Positions 1-8,750 of a stretch of 64,000 bases of DNA are shown in pieces. Under the pieces are notes generated by a model. The model was not told the DNA's origin. It saw nothing but the letters and a program-made list of their open reading frames with translations, and searched no databases. The stretch is from Planctomycetota bacterium (GTDB lineage Bacteria; Planctomycetota; B15-G4): contig JBBQUR010000004.1 in NCBI GenBank assembly GCA_038212275.1, positions 32,001-96,000 of the forward strand, given 5' to 3'. The position numbers and the translations under genes were made by a program. How positions within the stretch are numbered: the stretch's first letter is position 1; each line of letters opens with the position of its first letter.

Positions 1-1524
1 CGCACGTCCGGCACGCCGGCGGCGCGCAGCTCGGCACCGCGCCAGGGCCTGGTCGCCGCCGTGGACCTCGGTTCCAACAGTTTCCACATGGTCGTCGCGC
101 GGCTGGTCGACGGCCAGCCGCATCTCGTCGACCGGTTGCGCGAGCGCGTCGTGCTGGCCTCCGGCTTCGGCAAGGACAAGCGCCTGTCCGCGGAGATCCA
201 GGACGTCGCGCTGGCGTCGCTGCGCCGATTCGGCCAGCGCCTGCGCGACATGCCTCCTGGCAGCGTGCGCGCCGTGGGGACGAACGCCCTGCGCCAGGCA
301 CGCAACAGCCGGTCCTTCCTGGTGCGCGCGCGCGCCGCGCTGGGGCATCCCATCGAGGTGATCCCCGGCCGCGAGGAAGCGCGTCTCGTCTACCTCGGCG
401 TGGCGCACAGTCTGCCGGACGACACCGGGCGCAGGCTGGTGGTGGACATCGGAGGCGGCAGCACGGAGTGCGTCGTCGGCGTGCGCCTGCAGCCGCAGGC
501 CACCGACAGCCTGTTCATGGGTTGCGTCACGTGGACGCAGCGCTTCTTCAAGCGCGGAGAGTTGCGGCGCGCGAACCTCGAGGAGGCCGTCATCGCGGCG
601 CAGCGCGAGTTGCAGTCCATCGCGCAGCACTACAAGGATCTCGGCTGGAACAGGTGCATCGGGTCGTCGGGCACGATCCTCAGCATCGATGCGATGCTGC
701 GCGAACACGGATGGGACGATGGCGGCATCACGCGTCACGGCCTGGCCAAGCTCGCCAAGACGATGCTCGCGGCGCGCCACGTGGACAAGCTGTCGCTGGC
801 GGGGCTTGCGCCCGAGCGCGCCGCGGTGTTGCCCGGCGGCCTCGCCATCCTCATCGCGGTGTTCGAGAGCCTCGGGATCAAGCGCATGATCACGTCGCCG
901 AACTCGCTGCGTGAAGGCGTGATCTTCGACCTCATCGGGCGCATCCGGCACGAGGATGTCCGCGAGCGGACGATCCGGCAGTACACGCGGCGCTACCACC
1001 TCGACGGCGATCAGGGCACGCGCGTGGAGCGCACGGCGCTGTCGCTGCTGGATCACGTCGCTCGCGGCTGGAAGCTGGGCGGAGAGGAGCCGCGACTGAT
1101 GCTGGCCTGGGCGGCGCGGCTGCACGAGATCGGCCTGTCGGTGAACTACACCGGCTATCACAAGCACGGCGCCTATCTCGTCGCGCACGGCGACATGCCG
1201 GGCTTCTCGCGCGAGGACCAGCAGACGCTCGGCGCGATCATCGGCGGCCACCGTCGCAAGCTGATGCAGGAGCTGTTCGCCGTCTTGCCGGCGGCGCGCG
1301 CCGAGTCGGCCCTGCGCCTCTGCCTCCTGCTGCGGCTGGCGGTGGCGCTGAACCGTGGCCGCAGCGGCCGGCCGCTCCCGACCATCACGCTGAGCGCGCG
1401 AGGCGACACGCTTCGCCTCGGCTTTCCGCGCGGCTGGCTCAAGCGCCACGCGCTGACGCACGCGGACCTCGACGAAGAGGCTGCGTTGCTCGCTCCCACA
1501 GGAGTGCAGCTCTCGGCGCGCTGA
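1..1524 (+). CDS. ppx: Exopolyphosphatase Ppx/GppA (5' end lies upstream of the window)
   Basis: AAVDLGSNSFH, DIGGGSTE, LHEIG and HKHGAY motifs; frame is open back to base 1, so GTG61 is probably internal; adjacent to ppk1. Confidence 0.93.
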   Translation, partial: RTSGTPAARSSAPRQGLVAAVDLGSNSFHMVVARLVDGQPHLVDRLRERVVLASGFGKDKRLSAEIQDVALASLRRFGQRLRDMPPGSVRAVGTNALRQARNSRSFLVRARAALGHPIEVIPGREEARLVYLGVAHSLPDDTGRRLVVDIGGGSTECVVGVRLQPQATDSLFMGCVTWTQRFFKRGELRRANLEEAVIAAQRELQSIAQHYKDLGWNRCIGSSGTILSIDAMLREHGWDDGGITRHGLAKLAKTMLAARHVDKLSLAGLAPERAAVLPGGLAILIAVFESLGIKRMITSPNSLREGVIFDLIGRIRHEDVRERTIRQYTRRYHLDGDQGTRVERTALSLLDHVARGWKLGGEEPRLMLAWAARLHEIGLSVNYTGYHKHGAYLVAHGDMPGFSREDQQTLGAIIGGHRRKLMQELFAVLPAARAESALRLCLLLRLAVALNRGRSGRPLPTITLSARGDTLRLGFPRGWLKRHALTHADLDEEAALLAPTGVQLSAR

Positions 1525-1604
1525 GGGCGCGCGGGCAGCCGGCCACGACGGCGCGCGCGCTGGTCGGGCGTCGCCGCCCACCCGTTGCAGGTCACCGGCG
1601 CGGC

Positions 1605-3854
1605 TCAAGTGCGCGGAGCGCGGGTGCGACGTCGCGTGCGACCGGTGTCCGGACGAGCGACCGGAGCCTCCGGCGCGGCCTGCGTCACGGGAGCGATGTT
1701 CCGCTTGCGCTTGCTTCGACTGGGCGGGGGCTTGCGCGCTTCGGGGTCGGCGACCGGTGTCGGCGGCCCCTCGGCCAGCCGTTCGAGCAGGGACGTCTGG
1801 GCACAGCTCGCACGCGACGTCCCGGCCTTGTTGCGCTTCCAGCGTCCGTCGGACTGCAGCGACCAGGATTGCGTGTTGTCGGACATGCTCGCCGCGAGGC
1901 CTTCCTCGATGACGCGTTCCTTGAGGCGCTGATCCTCGATGGGGAAGCAGGTCTCCACCCGCCGGAAAAAGCTCCGGCTCATCCAGTCGGCGCTCGCGCA
2001 CCACGTCAGTTCCTCGCCGTCGGCGTGAAAGCAGAACACGCGGCTGTGCTCGAGGAAGCGCCCGACGATGGAGCGCACGCGGATGGTCTCCGACACGCCA
2101 GGGACGCCGGGCCGCAGGCAGCAGATGCCGCGCACGATGAGGTCGATGGGGACGCCCGCCTGGCTGGCGCGGTAGAGCGCGCGGATGATGGACGGTTCCG
2201 AGAGTGCGTTCACCTTGGCACGGATGCCGGAGGTGCGTCCCTGCCGGGCACGTTCGGCCTCGTGATCGATGAGCGCGATGAGCGTCCGCTGCAGCGTGAA
2301 CGGAGACTGCAGCAGCTTCTGCAGGCGCGTCACCTTGCCAAGCCCCGTGAGCTGCATGAACAGCTTGTGCACGTCCTCTCCGATCTCGCGCTGCGCGGTG
2401 AGCAGCGAGAAGTCGGTGTAGGTGCGCGCGTTCCCTGGATGGTAGTTGCCCGTGCCGAGGTGGCAGTAGCGCCGGAGGCTGCGCCCCTCGCGCCGGACGA
2501 CGAGCAGCAGCTTGGCGTGCGCCTTGTAGCCGACGACGCCGTACACGACGGAGGCGCCGGCCTCCTGGAGGCGCGTCGCGAGGTCGATGTTCGCGGCCTC
2601 GTCGAAGCGCGCGCGCAGCTCGATCACGGCCGTGACTTCCTTGCCGGATCGCGCGGCGTCCAGCAGCGCGTCCACCAGCGGGGAGCGGGGGCCCGAGCGG
2701 TACAGCGTCTGCTTGATCGCGAGCACGGCAGGATCGGCAGCGGCCTGGCGAACGAACTCCGCGACCGGCGCGAAGGACTCGTACGGGTGATGCAGCAGGA
2801 GGTCGCCGTGGCGCAGCACCTCGAAGAGATCGCGATCCGGCGCCAGGCGGCGGGGGAGCCCGGGAACGAAAGGCGGATACTTGAGGTCGGGGCGATCCAC
2901 GGCGTCATACAGCGCGGCGATGCGGTGCAGATTCACGGGCCCGCGGCAGCGGTACAGGTCGTTGCTGCCCAGCTGCACCTGGCCGAGCAGTGAACTGGCC
3001 ACGTCATCCGGGCAGTTGTCGGCCACCTCGAGCCGCACGGCGTCGCCGTAGTTGCGCGAGGGCAGTTCGCCCTTGAGTGCCTGCAGCAGGTTCTCGACTT
3101 CCTCCTCGTCCACCCACAGGTCGCTGTTGCGCGTCACGCGGAACTGGAAGCAGCCGGTGACCTTCATGCCCGGAAAGATCTCTCCGACATGCTCGTGGAT
3201 CACGGAGGACAGGAGCACGAAGTCGTGGTGTCCATCGCGCACGTCGGCAGGCAGCGGGATGAGGCGCGGCAGCGAGCGTGGCACCGCGACGACGGCGATG
3301 CCGCTGCCGCGCCCGAAGGCGTCGGTGCCCTCGACCTGGACGCTGACATTGAGACTCTTGTTGAGCACGCGGGGGAACGGGTGCGCGGGGTCGAGCCCGA
3401 TCGGCGTGAGGACGGGCACGACCTCGGACGTGAAGTAGCGCGCGAGCCAGCGGCGCTGGCGCTCGCTCCAGGCATCGCGCGCGAGGAGCCGGATGCCCTG
3501 TGCGGCAAGCTCGGGCAGCAGCGTGGTGTTGAGCAACTCGTACTGGTCGTCCACGAGCTGGTGCGCCGCGTCACTGATGCGCTGCAGCGCTTCGAGCGGG
3601 GTGCTCCCGTCGCTGGCGCGCGGCGCGACGCCATAGGCGACCTGCTGCTTGAGGCCACTGACGCGGATCTCGAAGAACTCGTCGAGGTTCGTGCTGCTGA
3701 TGCCCAGAAATTTGAGGCGCTCGAGCAGCGGCGTCGACGGGTCGCGCGCCTGTTCGAGGACGCGCCGGTTGAACTCGAGCACCGACAGCTCGCGGTTCAG
3801 GTAGAGCTCCGGCGCGGAGAGATTCGGAGCGCCTGGAACAATGGTCTCGAGCAT
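1605..3854 (-). CDS. ppk1: Polyphosphate kinase 1
   Basis: YLNRELSVLEFNRRVL, LDEFFEIRV, LLHHPYESF, IKQTLYR, HLGTGNY, GRFLEHSR; ATG at 3854 chosen (alternative 3893). Confidence 0.97.
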   Translation of the reverse strand: MLETIVPGAPNLSAPELYLNRELSVLEFNRRVLEQARDPSTPLLERLKFLGISSTNLDEFFEIRVSGLKQQVAYGVAPRASDGSTPLEALQRISDAAHQLVDDQYELLNTTLLPELAAQGIRLLARDAWSERQRRWLARYFTSEVVPVLTPIGLDPAHPFPRVLNKSLNVSVQVEGTDAFGRGSGIAVVAVPRSLPRLIPLPADVRDGHHDFVLLSSVIHEHVGEIFPGMKVTGCFQFRVTRNSDLWVDEEEVENLLQALKGELPSRNYGDAVRLEVADNCPDDVASSLLGQVQLGSNDLYRCRGPVNLHRIAALYDAVDRPDLKYPPFVPGLPRRLAPDRDLFEVLRHGDLLLHHPYESFAPVAEFVRQAAADPAVLAIKQTLYRSGPRSPLVDALLDAARSGKEVTAVIELRARFDEAANIDLATRLQEAGASVVYGVVGYKAHAKLLLVVRREGRSLRRYCHLGTGNYHPGNARTYTDFSLLTAQREIGEDVHKLFMQLTGLGKVTRLQKLLQSPFTLQRTLIALIDHEAERARQGRTSGIRAKVNALSEPSIIRALYRASQAGVPIDLIVRGICCLRPGVPGVSETIRVRSIVGRFLEHSRVFCFHADGEELTWCASADWMSRSFFRRVETCFPIEDQRLKERVIEEGLAASMSDNTQSWSLQSDGRWKRNKAGTSRASCAQTSLLERLAEGPPTPVADPEARKPPPSRSKRKRNIAPVTQAAPEAPVARPDTGRTRRRTRAPRT

Positions 3855-3962
3855 GGTTCCCCGGATCGTCTGGCCGTGATGTGAGCTAGTCAAGATGTCA
3901 TCCTGTCCGATGCAAAGTCCACCGCGGCGCCGCCTGCCTGCCGCGCGCGCCGCCCGGGCCGG

Positions 3963-3980
3963 CTTTCATCAGACTTTCAC
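3963..3980 (+). promoter_or_regulatory. Pho-box-like direct repeat CTTTCAT-CAGA-CTTTCAC
   Basis: 11-bp-period repeat resembling the PhoB box CTGTCAT-N4-CTGTCAC, between divergent ppk1 and sixA. Confidence 0.45.
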
Positions 3981-4000
3981 GATCAAGGAGGTGAGTCCGC

Positions 4001-4555
4001 ATGGAGTTGCTCGTCATCCGCCACGCAATCGCAGAGGACGTGGACGAGGCCGCTGCGGCGGGGTGCCCCGACGCAGCACGCAGGTTGACGGAGCGCGGCC
4101 GTCGGCGGATGGAGCGCGCCGTGCGCGGGCTCCTCGCGCTGGACCTCCCGTGCGAGCTGGCGCTTCACAGTCCGTGGACACGCGCCACGCAGACGGCGGC
4201 CCTGCTCGCGCCGCTCGTCACGCGCGAGACGCGTCCCTGGGCCGCGCTGGCGCGCGCGCCGGACGCCGCCATGCTGGCCGAGCTGCAGCACGAGGTCGAA
4301 GCGCTCGGCAAGTCGGGTGGCACGCTGCGCGCGGAGGGCGAGCCGCGCCTCGCGCTCGTCGGGCATCAGCCGTGGCTTGGTGAACTCGTCGCCTGGCTGA
4401 CCACCGGCAAGCGCGCTGCAGGAGAGGCGATGCCACTGGGCAAGGGGGCCGTGGCGTGGCTCGCGGGCCGGCCGGCGCCCGGCTCGATGGAGTTGCGAGC
4501 GCTGCTGCCATCCTTCGTGCTGCGCACTCTGGGACAGGGGAAGCGCGCGCGCTGA
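4001..4555 (+). CDS. sixA: SixA-family phosphohistidine phosphatase
   Basis: LLVIRHAIA, RRLTERG, HSPWTRATQTA, LVGHQPWL; strong SD AAGGAGG. Confidence 0.85.
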   Translation: MELLVIRHAIAEDVDEAAAAGCPDAARRLTERGRRRMERAVRGLLALDLPCELALHSPWTRATQTAALLAPLVTRETRPWAALARAPDAAMLAELQHEVEALGKSGGTLRAEGEPRLALVGHQPWLGELVAWLTTGKRAAGEAMPLGKGAVAWLAGRPAPGSMELRALLPSFVLRTLGQGKRAR

Positions 4556-4653
4556 GGTCTCTGAGACGCGCAGTAACCGGGTGGCGCGTGCGACTCACGT
4601 TGAGGTTGCCATGCGCGGGCGGGTTATCCTCCTCCGTCGCCATCGGAGGACGC

Positions 4654-5001
4654 ATGACCATCTACTGCCAGAACTGTGGAAAGGACACCGCCGGCAAGGC
4701 GCTGACTTTCTACGGCAACGTGATCTGTTCGGAAGACTGCAAGAAGTCGCTCTCGGAGCGGGTGTATTTCCGCGACACGCCGCCAGAGGCCGGCTCGACG
4801 TGGTTCTGCCCGCATTGCAGCGCCGAGAATCCTCTGGGCGATCCGCGCAAGAACCTGCGGCCCAGCTGCGCGTCCTGCAAGAAGCCGCTCGATCCGGCCT
4901 CGGCTGCGCCTCCACGGAAGAAGGGCTGTCTTGGTGCGCTGCTCATCGTGCTCGTTCCTGCGGCCGTCGTGCTGGCTCGAGCGCTCGGTAGCGCCACATG
5001 A
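4654..5001 (+). CDS. Small Cys-rich zinc-ribbon protein with C-terminal membrane anchor
   Basis: SD GGAGGA before ATG4654; CQNC, CSEDC, CPHC, CASC; hydrophobic tail after RKKGC. Confidence 0.7.
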   Translation: MTIYCQNCGKDTAGKALTFYGNVICSEDCKKSLSERVYFRDTPPEAGSTWFCPHCSAENPLGDPRKNLRPSCASCKKPLDPASAAPPRKKGCLGALLIVLVPAAVVLARALGSAT

Positions 5002-5078
5002 TGCGTCGACCGGCGGATGATGCTGCAGTGGCCCCATGCCGCAACCGCCCGGTTCTCGCCCTGTTGAAGTCGCGCAGC

Positions 5079-6407
5079 ATGTGGCGCGTCACTTCACTTC
5101 TCGCGATGGGACTCTTTGCGGGGAGCTGCTTCCTGCAGGGACCGCCGCCGCCGCGGCCCGAGCATTCGCTCGAGACGCTGCAAGCTGCGCCGCCGATGCA
5201 GGTCTCCACCCGTGACGGGGGTCGTGCTGAGCGGGCTCCTGTCCGCGGCCTCCGCGCGGTGGCCGATGAGGCTGTCGTCTCCGTGGCGCCTCCTGATGCG
5301 GGCGGGACCTACCGCTACAACGCGCTGTTCGAGCCGCCACGGGGACGCATCCTGCATGGCATGGGGCAATGGATCGACGGCAACGCCGAGTACATCGCGA
5401 TGCTTGCCGACCCGAAACTCAATCCGGCTTCGGAACTGGTCTTCATGGCGGTTGGCGACTGGCCACGGCCGTGGGACTCGCGGCTGGCGATGGCGCGCGT
5501 GAAACTGGCGCAGGACAAGCTCGATGGCCACTTTCCGCACGTGAACATCGGGCTCTTCGGCATCGATTCCAGCACGCGTCGGGAGCACGGCATCGACGAC
5601 GAGATCGCCCGCACGGATCGCTACGACCAGCGCATTCGCGAACTGGCGCGCGTGCTGCGGGACCTTCGCGGCCCGGTGTTCGTGCGCATCGGCGGCGAGT
5701 TCTCCGGAGAGTGGTTCGACTATCACGCCTACGAGTACCCCATGGCGTACCGGAAGATCGTGAAGCTGTTCCGCGAAGAGCACGTCGACAACGTCGCGTT
5801 CATCTGGTGCTACGAGCCCTCCGGTCCCGACGACTTCGATGTCAAGGATGCTCGCGGCTGGCGCTGGTTTCCCGGTGACGACGTCATCGACTGGTATGGC
5901 CTCGATGTCTTCGAGATCGACGAGTTCGTCGTCCAGGCGAACACGGGCCGCCGCGGGCTGACGAACAAGGCCGCGCGCGCCGAGCGCTTCCTTGCGATGG
6001 CGCGCGAGCACGGCAAGCCCGTGATCATCGCTGAATGCTCCGCGGCCAGGGTGGCGATCACGAGTGACGCGGAGGATGGCCGACGTGACTGGGAGGAGTG
6101 GTTCATGCCCTTCCTGGCTTTCCTGGAACGGCATCCGGAAATCGAGGCCTTCCACTACGTGAACTTCGACTGGCGCAAGAGCGGCAAGGCACAGGAAAAC
6201 GGCTGGCTCGAAGCGCGGATCAACCTCAACTCCTACCTTGCCAGCAAGTGGATCGAGGAGATCTCCAGGCCGAAGTACCTGCATGCGCCGGACATCGCGC
6301 TGCTGAACGGATACGCAAAGGCCAGCGAGCCTCTGCCGGCCTCGGAGAGCAACGATGCTCCGAAGCCTGCTCCCGCCGTCCGGGCTCCCGCCGCCGACAC
6401 CCGCTAG
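5079..6407 (+). CDS. Exported glycoside hydrolase, GH26-like
   Basis: Signal/lipobox-like N-terminus; RIGGEFSGEW (acid/base), FPGDDVIDWYGLDVF, KPVIIAEC (nucleophile); start uncertain (4998 or 5079). Confidence 0.75.
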   Translation: MWRVTSLLAMGLFAGSCFLQGPPPPRPEHSLETLQAAPPMQVSTRDGGRAERAPVRGLRAVADEAVVSVAPPDAGGTYRYNALFEPPRGRILHGMGQWIDGNAEYIAMLADPKLNPASELVFMAVGDWPRPWDSRLAMARVKLAQDKLDGHFPHVNIGLFGIDSSTRREHGIDDEIARTDRYDQRIRELARVLRDLRGPVFVRIGGEFSGEWFDYHAYEYPMAYRKIVKLFREEHVDNVAFIWCYEPSGPDDFDVKDARGWRWFPGDDVIDWYGLDVFEIDEFVVQANTGRRGLTNKAARAERFLAMAREHGKPVIIAECSAARVAITSDAEDGRRDWEEWFMPFLAFLERHPEIEAFHYVNFDWRKSGKAQENGWLEARINLNSYLASKWIEEISRPKYLHAPDIALLNGYAKASEPLPASESNDAPKPAPAVRAPAADTR

Positions 6408-6448
6408 TCACGCCGTGCGAACCCGCTAATCACGCCGTGCGAACCCGC
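6399..6448. repeat. 22-bp tandem repeat (2 units plus partial) spanning the GH26 stop codon
   Basis: acccgctagtcacgccgtgcga / acccgctaatcacgccgtgcga / acccgc. Confidence 0.85.
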
Positions 6449-6471
6449 GTGAACCGTGCGCAGCGGCCTGC

Positions 6472-7116
6472 TCAGGACTCCAGGGCTTTGCGCACGAGCT
6501 TTCCCAGCTCGATCATGGCCTTGGCGTACATCATGCGGGCTGCCGCGGCGCTCGGCCGGCCGGTCTGGCTTGCGACGACCTCCCACGACGCGCCGGCATA
6601 GGTCCTCAGGATGATGATCTCCCGGTAAGCCTCGGGCAGCAGCGCGATGCAGGCCTCGACGACGGCCGTGCGCTCCTTGTCCGAGAGCTTGTCGTGCGGC
6701 ATCGGTGCGCCGTCGGGGAGCTCGATGGGGATAGTGCTCCCGTCGCTGTCGCGTTGGAGACTCACCTCGCGGGCGGGATTCCGCTTCTGCGCGCCGTGAT
6801 GATCCGCGGCTGCCAGCACCTGTCGCTCGGCAATCCGGGCGAGCCAGTTGATGAAGCTGGCTTCATCACGCAGCTCGAAGCGCTCGAAGGACTCGACCGC
6901 CTTGATGAACGTCTCCTGCAGGATGTCGCTGCCCTCGACACGCTGCTTGAGGCGGCTGCCGAGTCGCATGTTCACGATGCGGCGCACGCGGTCGTAGTAG
7001 CGCGAGAGGAGGCGGTTCAAGGCCACATCGCTGCCGGCCTTGGCGCGGTGCAGCAGGTCGATCGTGACCGTGAGGTCCCGATCCGGTGGGTGGTCGTCCT
7101 GAGGGGCCGGCGCCAT
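6472..7116 (-). CDS. ECF RNA polymerase sigma factor (planctomycete-like)
   Basis: LLHRAKAGSDVALNRLLSRY, VEGSDILQETF, FINWLARIA; region 4 LPEAYREIIILR...WEVVA. Confidence 0.9.
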   Translation of the reverse strand: MAPAPQDDHPPDRDLTVTIDLLHRAKAGSDVALNRLLSRYYDRVRRIVNMRLGSRLKQRVEGSDILQETFIKAVESFERFELRDEASFINWLARIAERQVLAAADHHGAQKRNPAREVSLQRDSDGSTIPIELPDGAPMPHDKLSDKERTAVVEACIALLPEAYREIIILRTYAGASWEVVASQTGRPSAAAARMMYAKAMIELGKLVRKALES

Positions 7117-7228
7117 GGCTCCGCGCGACAAGAAGAGGGGTGGTGGCGGGACGGGGAGAATGTTACTCGCCGAGTCACCTCCTGCGTCGTGGCATTCCGG
7201 GGATCCCGGGCGGCGGCTTGCCGCGGCG

Positions 7229-8554
7229 TCAGCCGCCGCGAAGGCTGCCTGCCAGGGCTGCGGCGACCAGCAGTCCCGTCACGGCGATCAGGATCGGCCC
7301 GCGGTGGCGGCGCAGCGCGTAGCGCGCACGCATCCATGAATTGGCTACCTGGCTGTCGCGCACGGCCACCGGGAGCTTCCGGCCGTCGAGGTAGAGCTGC
7401 AGGTCGGCATGCAGCGCGTGCATCGTCGGGTAGCGCCGTTCCGGGGCGAGCTCCGTGGCCTTCGTGCAGATGGCATCCAGCTCCGGAGGGATGCGCGCGT
7501 CGTGGGCGCGTGGCGGGGTGATGCCGCCGTGGTCGATCTGCCTCAGCGTGCTCCTGACGTCGCGTCCGTCGAAGGCGCGATGCAGGGTCAGCAATTCGTG
7601 CAGCACCAGCCCGAGCTGATAGATGTCCGCGCGCGGAGGGTCGGCTGTCGTCTCGCCGTGTGCGCGTTCCGGCACGCCGAAGTCCGCCCGACCGAAGAGC
7701 CCCCGCTCGAGTTGAGCGGCACCATGTTCCAGGGTTCCTTCGAGCCCGAAGTCCAGAACCACCACGGTTCCGTCGGCGCGCAGCATGAGATTGCCCGGCT
7801 TCAGCCCTCGATGCGCGACGCCACAGGCATGGGCTGCTTCGACGGTCGCGGCCGCATCACTCACCAGCGTGGCGACGGCTTTCCACCACGACTTGCCCGC
7901 GAGCGTCAGGCCCTCCGGCGTGAGCGGGCCCGCGAGCGCATCGGTCAGCGCATCGGTCAGCGCGCGCCCGGAACGGGGGGCGAGCTGTCCGCCGTCGGTA
8001 CCGGGCGCAGCACGGAGGCGGACCCGACGCAACAGCTCGTCGAAGGAAGCGCCCTTGACCAGCTTGGACACCAGGAAGCGCAGGTCGCCATCGTTGCCGA
8101 AATCCTGCACGGCGACGATGCGCTTGTGCGCGAACGCCGCCAGTGCGCGCGCTTCGATGACGAAGCGCGATTGCGGAGCGAGATCACGTCCTGCCGCGGC
8201 CGTGAGGATCTTGAGGGCCACGTGACTCCCCGTTCGGAGGTCCAGGGCCTTGTAGACCAGGCCCGTCCCACCCGAGCCGAGTTCCTCCTCGATGCGCCAG
8301 AGACCACCCACCACGACGCCGGCGCGCACGGGGCGGGGCAGGCTGTCCCTCGCGCCGAGGGCGTCCTGCACAAGCTGGCGGAACTCGGCGCGGTCCGGCG
8401 CATCCTGGAGCTGTCTGGACCATTCCACGAGTTGCGGTTGTCCGCCGGCCTCGTCGCGGGCGAGAAAGTCGGCGGCAAGCACCTCGGCCACGGACGGTTC
8501 GGCCGAGGCCCCGGCGGGCTGCTCAGGGCTGTTGCTCATGTCAGGCGTGGCCAT
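7229..8554 (-). CDS. Ser/Thr kinase-like membrane protein, probable pseudokinase
   Basis: LGSGGTGLVY, VALKIL, LDFGL and ADIYQLG present; catalytic loop reads HRGLKPGN (no Asp); single C-terminal TM helix; start 8554 or 8539. Confidence 0.85.
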   Translation of the reverse strand: MATPDMSNSPEQPAGASAEPSVAEVLAADFLARDEAGGQPQLVEWSRQLQDAPDRAEFRQLVQDALGARDSLPRPVRAGVVVGGLWRIEEELGSGGTGLVYKALDLRTGSHVALKILTAAAGRDLAPQSRFVIEARALAAFAHKRIVAVQDFGNDGDLRFLVSKLVKGASFDELLRRVRLRAAPGTDGGQLAPRSGRALTDALTDALAGPLTPEGLTLAGKSWWKAVATLVSDAAATVEAAHACGVAHRGLKPGNLMLRADGTVVVLDFGLEGTLEHGAAQLERGLFGRADFGVPERAHGETTADPPRADIYQLGLVLHELLTLHRAFDGRDVRSTLRQIDHGGITPPRAHDARIPPELDAICTKATELAPERRYPTMHALHADLQLYLDGRKLPVAVRDSQVANSWMRARYALRRHRGPILIAVTGLLVAAALAGSLRGG

Positions 8555-8750
8555 CCGGTGCACAGGCATTCCAGTGGGGACAGGGGCGCGCGAGCGCCAT
8601 GCGAAGGAAAATCCTGTCACGAGGGTCTGCTGGACGGCTGGCTCGCGGCCGCATCGGAAGTGACATGGGCGGGTCCCGGGAGTACACCGATCCGGATCGG
8701 GCGGGCCCCGGGCGGACACCGGCCTGCCTTCCCCGCCGTGGCGGAGGCTT

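Noticed and set aside
7131..7170. AGTAAC upstream of the ECF gene as an autoregulatory copy of the TGTAAC-N16-CGTC promoter
   Set aside because: No CGTC at the 16-nt spacing (reads CACC), so it cannot be linked
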